Shown here piece after piece: positions 35,153 to 39,209 of a stretch of DNA of 39,209 bases. The stretch is from Gemmatimonadota bacterium (lineage in GTDB: Bacteria; Gemmatimonadota; Gemmatimonadetes; Gemmatimonadales; Gemmatimonadaceae). Position 1 is the stretch's first letter; every line of letters begins with the position of its first letter. Location: the NCBI GenBank assembly GCA_031372565.1, contig JANMLN010000072.1, positions 1 to 39,209 on the forward strand. The letters run 5' to 3'. Under the pieces are notes generated by a model. That model did no database searches. It saw nothing but the letters and a program-made list of their open reading frames with translations, and was not told where the DNA came from. A program made the translations under genes and the position numbers.

Positions 35153-36931
35153 TCAGGCCGCGCCCGTATCCCGCGCGCCAAACAGCGCCGACGCCGTCTT
35201 CCACAGCCCCAGGCTCGCCAGCACGAACACCGCCCCGCACAGGGCGGCCTGCCCCATGTGCCCGTACAGGAAGTTCCCCGTGCCGAACAGCGCCGCGTAC
35301 ACCCACATCACGCCGCACACCATGCCGAGCAGCTGCGTGGGCAGCGAATCGGGGCTCGGTTCGAGGTTGGCCAGCGCGCGCACGCGTGTCCACCCCGGGC
35401 CCGCCGGTCGCACCTTCCGGTAGAAGGCGATCAGCGTGGCGTCGTCCACCGGCTTGGTCACGAGCGTGGCCGTTACCCAGCACACGGTCGTGATCGCGAT
35501 CGTGATCAACAGCTGGATCGACTCCTGCATCTGCAAGCCGTTCTGCTTGGCCACGAAGAACGCCAGCGCCACCGTGAAGCTCGAGAACATCGCCGCGATC
35601 TCGCTCCACGCATTGATGCGCCACCAGAACCAGCGCAACAGGTACAGGAGCCCCGTCCCCGCGCCCACCGACAACAGCAGCTGGAAGGCCTCGCCTGCCG
35701 TGGTGAGCGCCAGCGTGAACAGCGCCGCCGCCGCCATCAGCACGATCGACAGCCCGCGCGACACCCACACCAGGTGCGGCTCGCTTGCATTCTTCTTGAG
35801 GAAGCGGTGGTAGATGTCGATGACGAGGTAGCTCGACCCCCAGTTGAGGTGCGTGACGATCGTGCTCACGTACGCGGCCAGCAGCGCCGCGATCATCACC
35901 CCCAGCATCCCGTGCGGCAGCAGCGTCAGCATGGCGGGGTACGCCAGATCGTTGCCGATCAGCTTCTCGTCCACCCACGGCAACTGCACGTGGATGTCGT
36001 TGAGCGTCGGGAAGACCAGCATGCTCGCGAGGGCCGTGATGATCCAGGGCCAGGGGCGCAGCGCGTAGTGCGCCACGTTGAACCAGAGCGTCCCTGCCAT
36101 CGCGTGGCGCTCGTCCTTGGCCGCGAGCATCCGCTGCGCGATGTACGATCCGCCACCGGGCTCGGCGCCGGGGTACCACACCGACCACCATTGCACCGCC
36201 AACGGCAGGATCAGCACGGAGAGCGTCACGTTCCAGTCGCCGAAATCGGGCAGAAGCGAGAGCGTCTTGGGCGGCAGCTTGGTGATCAGACCGTGCAGCC
36301 CGCCCACCTTGGGATGGTCGAGTGCGTACCAGGCCGCCGCGATCATGGCACTCATCTTGATCACGAACTGCACGAGGTCGATCGCCAGCACCCCCCAGAG
36401 CCCCGACACCGACGCGAACACCACGCAGATCGCCCCACAGATGAGGACCGTTTCGAGTCGGCCCCATCCCAGCATCACGTTCGAGATCTTGATCGCGGCC
36501 AGCGTGACCGTGGCCATGATCGCGCAGTTGAAGAAGAGGCCGAGGTAGACGGCCCGGAAGCCGCGCACAAAGGCAGCCGGCGTGCCGGCGTACCGCAACT
36601 CGTAGAACTCGAGATCGGTGAGGACCCCCGACCGCCGCCACAACCGCGCGTAGAAGAACACGGTCATCATGCCCGTGAGCAGGAACGCCCACCACACCCA
36701 GTTGTAGCTCACCCCGTGCTGTCGCACGAAGTCGGTGACCAGGTTGGGGGTGTCCGCGCTGAACGTCGTCGCGACCATCGACGTCCCGATCAGCCACCAC
36801 GGCGCCGACTGCCCGCTCGTGAAGAACTCCGCCGTCCCCGATCCGGCCCGCTTCCAGTAGAAGAGCGCGGGCGCCCCGGCGGCCACGAGGCTCAGCAGGG
36901 CGATGATCCAGTCGAGGGTGTTGAGCTGCAT
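35153..36931 (-). CDS. Sodium:solute symporter (SSS) family transporter
   Basis: About thirteen to fourteen TMs, with FFTSGQSAPWW, SMVATTFSADTP, EFYELRY, YIAQRML and LLAAYVST. Confidence 0.93.
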   Translation of the reverse strand: MQLNTLDWIIALLSLVAAGAPALFYWKRAGSGTAEFFTSGQSAPWWLIGTSMVATTFSADTPNLVTDFVRQHGVSYNWVWWAFLLTGMMTVFFYARLWRRSGVLTDLEFYELRYAGTPAAFVRGFRAVYLGLFFNCAIMATVTLAAIKISNVMLGWGRLETVLICGAICVVFASVSGLWGVLAIDLVQFVIKMSAMIAAAWYALDHPKVGGLHGLITKLPPKTLSLLPDFGDWNVTLSVLILPLAVQWWSVWYPGAEPGGGSYIAQRMLAAKDERHAMAGTLWFNVAHYALRPWPWIITALASMLVFPTLNDIHVQLPWVDEKLIGNDLAYPAMLTLLPHGMLGVMIAALLAAYVSTIVTHLNWGSSYLVIDIYHRFLKKNASEPHLVWVSRGLSIVLMAAAALFTLALTTAGEAFQLLLSVGAGTGLLYLLRWFWWRINAWSEIAAMFSSFTVALAFFVAKQNGLQMQESIQLLITIAITTVCWVTATLVTKPVDDATLIAFYRKVRPAGPGWTRVRALANLEPSPDSLPTQLLGMVCGVMWVYAALFGTGNFLYGHMGQAALCGAVFVLASLGLWKTASALFGARDTGAA

Positions 36932-37050
36932 CTCGTGTGGGCAAGGCGCCGACGGCGCGTGACCGGGGCAAGATGGCCCCCGGGCGGGCCACCGCACGGG
37001 CGCTCGGCTCGCGTGATGCTAGCCGAGCGCCGTTGGACATCCGTTGAGCA

Positions 37051-37123
<73 letters not shown>

Positions 37124-37132
37124 GAATGGACC

Positions 37133-37161
37133 AACCTAGTGAGCACCCGGAAGGGGGTCAA
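37133..37161 (-). promoter_or_regulatory. Sigma70 promoter of tRNA-Phe
   Basis: TTGACC-N17-TAGGTT on the minus strand, ending 9 nt upstream of the tRNA. Confidence 0.7.
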
Positions 37162-37276
37162 CCGTCGGTGGCACCTACACTTCCGAGTTCATCCCGCCGA
37201 TATTTCTCCCGCACGAATTCCCGAGCTATCCAATCAATCCAGTGGGCTTCGGCCCATCCAAATAGGCAGGAGCAAC

Positions 37277-37477
37277 ATGTTCGATCAGATCAGCCCCGAC
37301 ACGCACGACGTCCACGCCATGCGCGTCATCCACTACACCTGCGCCGCCATCGCGGTCACCTTCCTCGGCTTCGGCGCCTTCGCCATCAGCACCCGGATGG
37401 GGGCCAGCGCCCCGCCGTCGTCGGTCACCTACGGCACCGAGCAGCCGCATCGCACCGCGACCGTCCTCGGCGACTGA
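37277..37477 (+). CDS. Small single-TM hypothetical protein (66 aa)
   Basis: Strong SD sequence AGGAG, host-like codon usage, and one hydrophobic segment (CAAIAVTFLGFGAFAI). Confidence 0.7.
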   Translation: MFDQISPDTHDVHAMRVIHYTCAAIAVTFLGFGAFAISTRMGASAPPSSVTYGTEQPHRTATVLGD

Positions 37478-37498
37478 CCGACCGCGCGACTCGGCGCG

Positions 37499-38377
37499 CT
37501 ACTTGGCGCGCTTCTTCGGGCGCTTCGACTTCATGTCGATCGCCCGGAGTGTCCGCTCCGACAGCAGGTACGCAAACGCCGGCCAGCCTTTCGTCGCCAC
37601 GGAGCGCTCGAAGTACGGGCGCGCCCCGGCCGTGTCCTTCTTGGCCATGTACCAGGTGCCGACGCCGAAGTTGAGTGTCGCCTGCTGCACGTCGCTCGTA
37701 TCACCCCCCGCCACCACGGCCTCGGGCGTGAGTTCGCCCCGGTACAGCATCAGTCGCCGCCCGTATGCGTAGTTCGCCGGAATCTTGAACGTGTCGGGCA
37801 GCGTGCGCACCATGGCGTCCGCTTCCTTCATCCGCCCCGCGCGCGCCAACGACATCCAGAGCCAGTCGGTGGACCCGGTGTATTCGTTGGTCGACGGTGG
37901 CATCGTACGCCCGCGCGCAAACGCGGCGGCCGCGGCGTCAAACTTGCCTGCTTCGAAGTTCGCGACGCCCAGGTGGTACCAGATCCCGTAGTCCATCGAG
38001 TCGAGCGACGCGCCCTTGGTCAGGTCCGCCATCGCCTTGTCGAACTGGCCGGTGGAGATGTAGCGATGCCCGCGCTGCCGGTAGAGGCGCGCCTGCTTCG
38101 GGGCGATCGCGATGGCGGCCCCGAACGTCGTGATCGCCTCGCGCAACTGGCGAATGCTCGTCTGCGCCATGCCCAGCGCGAACAGCTTGTCGACATTCTT
38201 CGGGTCCGCCGTCACGGCCGCCTGCGCGCGCGCCACCGCTCCCGTGTCCGGCTGCGAACGGTGCGCCACCCCAGCCAGCGACGTGTATTGCGGCGTTTGT
38301 GCGCGCGCACTGGCCGTGACGCCGGCGAGCACCACGGCTCCCACGAGCGCGTGCGACGTAAGCAGTCGGAACACCAT
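37499..38377 (-). CDS. Secreted tetratricopeptide-repeat protein (NlpI-like)
   Basis: SD sequence GGAGG and a signal peptide. TPR-like helices include LYRQRGHRY, IWYHLGVANF and LNFGVGTWY. Confidence 0.85.
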   Translation of the reverse strand: MVFRLLTSHALVGAVVLAGVTASARAQTPQYTSLAGVAHRSQPDTGAVARAQAAVTADPKNVDKLFALGMAQTSIRQLREAITTFGAAIAIAPKQARLYRQRGHRYISTGQFDKAMADLTKGASLDSMDYGIWYHLGVANFEAGKFDAAAAAFARGRTMPPSTNEYTGSTDWLWMSLARAGRMKEADAMVRTLPDTFKIPANYAYGRRLMLYRGELTPEAVVAGGDTSDVQQATLNFGVGTWYMAKKDTAGARPYFERSVATKGWPAFAYLLSERTLRAIDMKSKRPKKRAK

Positions 38378-38459
38378 GCACCCTCCAGATGTGAACCGCG
38401 CGGCCGCACACCGTACAGCACGGTGCCCGCGCGCGCAGCAGTCGAACGTCGTCAGTCGG

Positions 38460-38855
38460 TCACGGCCGAGCGCCGTGCGTCACGGTGATGATCGACTTGA
38501 TCCCCCCGCGCACGTTGAAGTCGCCGGTCACCTGCAGGAAGCGCGGTGAGACCACCGCCAGCAGGTCATCCATGATCCGGTTGACCACGCGCTCGTAGAA
38601 GATGCCGTCGTTGCGGAAGCTCCACAGGTAGAGCTTGAGGCTCTTGAGCTCCACGCACACCGCGGCGGGGATATACGTGATGTTGATCGTCGCGAAGTCC
38701 GGCGCCCCGCCTTTCAGCAACGCGAGTTCAGCGGCGTCGGTCTCGATGCCGCCGATCGGGCAGAGCGAGGTGAATTCCGGACAGGTCATGAAGACCTCGT
38801 AGGGACGGTCCGGATACGGATTCGGGAAGCTCTCGAGGAGTTCGGGCTGGGGCAT
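38460..38855 (-). CDS. queF: 7-cyano-7-deazaguanine (preQ0) reductase, short type I QueF
   Basis: Contains PEFTSLCP, PDFA, the QueF motif ELKSLKLYLWSFR and FNVRGGI. Confidence 0.93.
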   Translation of the reverse strand: MPQPELLESFPNPYPDRPYEVFMTCPEFTSLCPIGGIETDAAELALLKGGAPDFATINITYIPAAVCVELKSLKLYLWSFRNDGIFYERVVNRIMDDLLAVVSPRFLQVTGDFNVRGGIKSIITVTHGARP

Positions 38856-39051
38856 CCGACAACGCTAGTCCACCGCATCCCCTGCCGCGAGTCACCACGG
38901 GGCGCGCGGAACCTGTATCGGCCGTGCGGGGTTTGACGTATGTTGGGTTCACCCGCGTCGAGTGCATCACGACCGGGCATCGACGATGAAAGACACCGTG
39001 CCGGGGCGAAAGCGCCGGCCGTTGCCGCCGCGAGAACGGCGTGGCGGTATC

Positions 39052-39085
39052 AGCCCCTCGGGAACCCCCCGGGGGGCTCTTTCGT
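39052..39085 (+). terminator. Putative plus-strand intrinsic terminator
   Basis: 11-bp stem AGCCCCTCGGG/CCCGGGGGGCT with one G-U pair and a 5-nt loop, followed by a weak U-tract (CTTTCGT). Confidence 0.55.
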
Positions 39086-39105
39086 CCCCCCCCTCCCCCC
39101 CCGTC

Positions 39106-39137
39106 GTCGTCCTGAGCGCAGCGAAGGACCTGCTTCT
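39106..39137 (+). repeat. REP-like hairpin repeat, copy 3
   Basis: GTCGTCCTGAGCGCAGCGAAGGACCTGCTTCT. It also shares the CTCCTCCCCC tail with copy 1. Confidence 0.9.
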
Positions 39138-39172
39138 CTCCTCCCCCTACCGAAACCCTCCCACCCCCCTTA

Positions 39173-39190
39173 CGTACGATATATCGTACG
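39173..39190. promoter_or_regulatory. Perfect 18-bp palindrome, probable operator
   Basis: CGTACGATATATCGTACG is an exact inverted repeat with an AT-rich core, in an intergenic position. Confidence 0.6.
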
Positions 39191-39209
39191 ACACACCCCA
39201 CCATCCCCC

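Noticed and set aside
38856..38940. preQ1 riboswitch upstream of queF
   Set aside because: No preQ1-I stem with an A-rich tail. A -10-like hexamer 6 nt from the ATG suggests there is no leader.
38728..39204. 158-aa minus-strand ORF overlapping the queF start
   Set aside because: It is made of repeat, G-run and hairpin sequence, has atypical codon usage, and overlaps queF out of frame.

Overview
A GC-rich (about 70% by eye), gene-dense bacterial chromosome segment. Gene content and style suggest Gemmatimonadota, but that is inference only. I see no integrase, transposase, prophage or CRISPR array. From left to right it holds: a lipoprotein; an alpha-glucan operon (glgP, a strongly degenerate glgA-like gene and two GH57 enzymes); a VOC dioxygenase-esterase fusion; a CDF transporter with a Fur-family regulator; an amidohydrolase / DUF4956 / CotH-like kinase trio; a VPS10/BNR protein; sixA; an FMN reductase; a MoxR-DUF58-DUF4350-DUF4129 operon converging on an RDD-SpoIIM fusion; an APC permease; an M16 peptidase; a GH109-methyltransferase-GT87 operon next to nucleotidyltransferase, sugar kinase and SSS transporter genes; tRNA-Phe; a small membrane protein; a TPR protein; and queF. 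The most unusual signals are below gene level. (1) A 32-nt dispersed repeat forms a covarying hairpin with a GNA triloop, and two copies appear to be read in frame in the N-termini of adjacent genes. (2) Three ~30-bp AT-rich rare-codon islands lie inside unrelated CDSs and share a same-strand motif. (3) A candidate ECF-promoter-driven structured sRNA and a perfect 18-bp palindrome sit at the right end. (4) The glycogen synthase is probably a pseudo-enzyme. All family assignments come from motif recognition by eye; no database searches were run.
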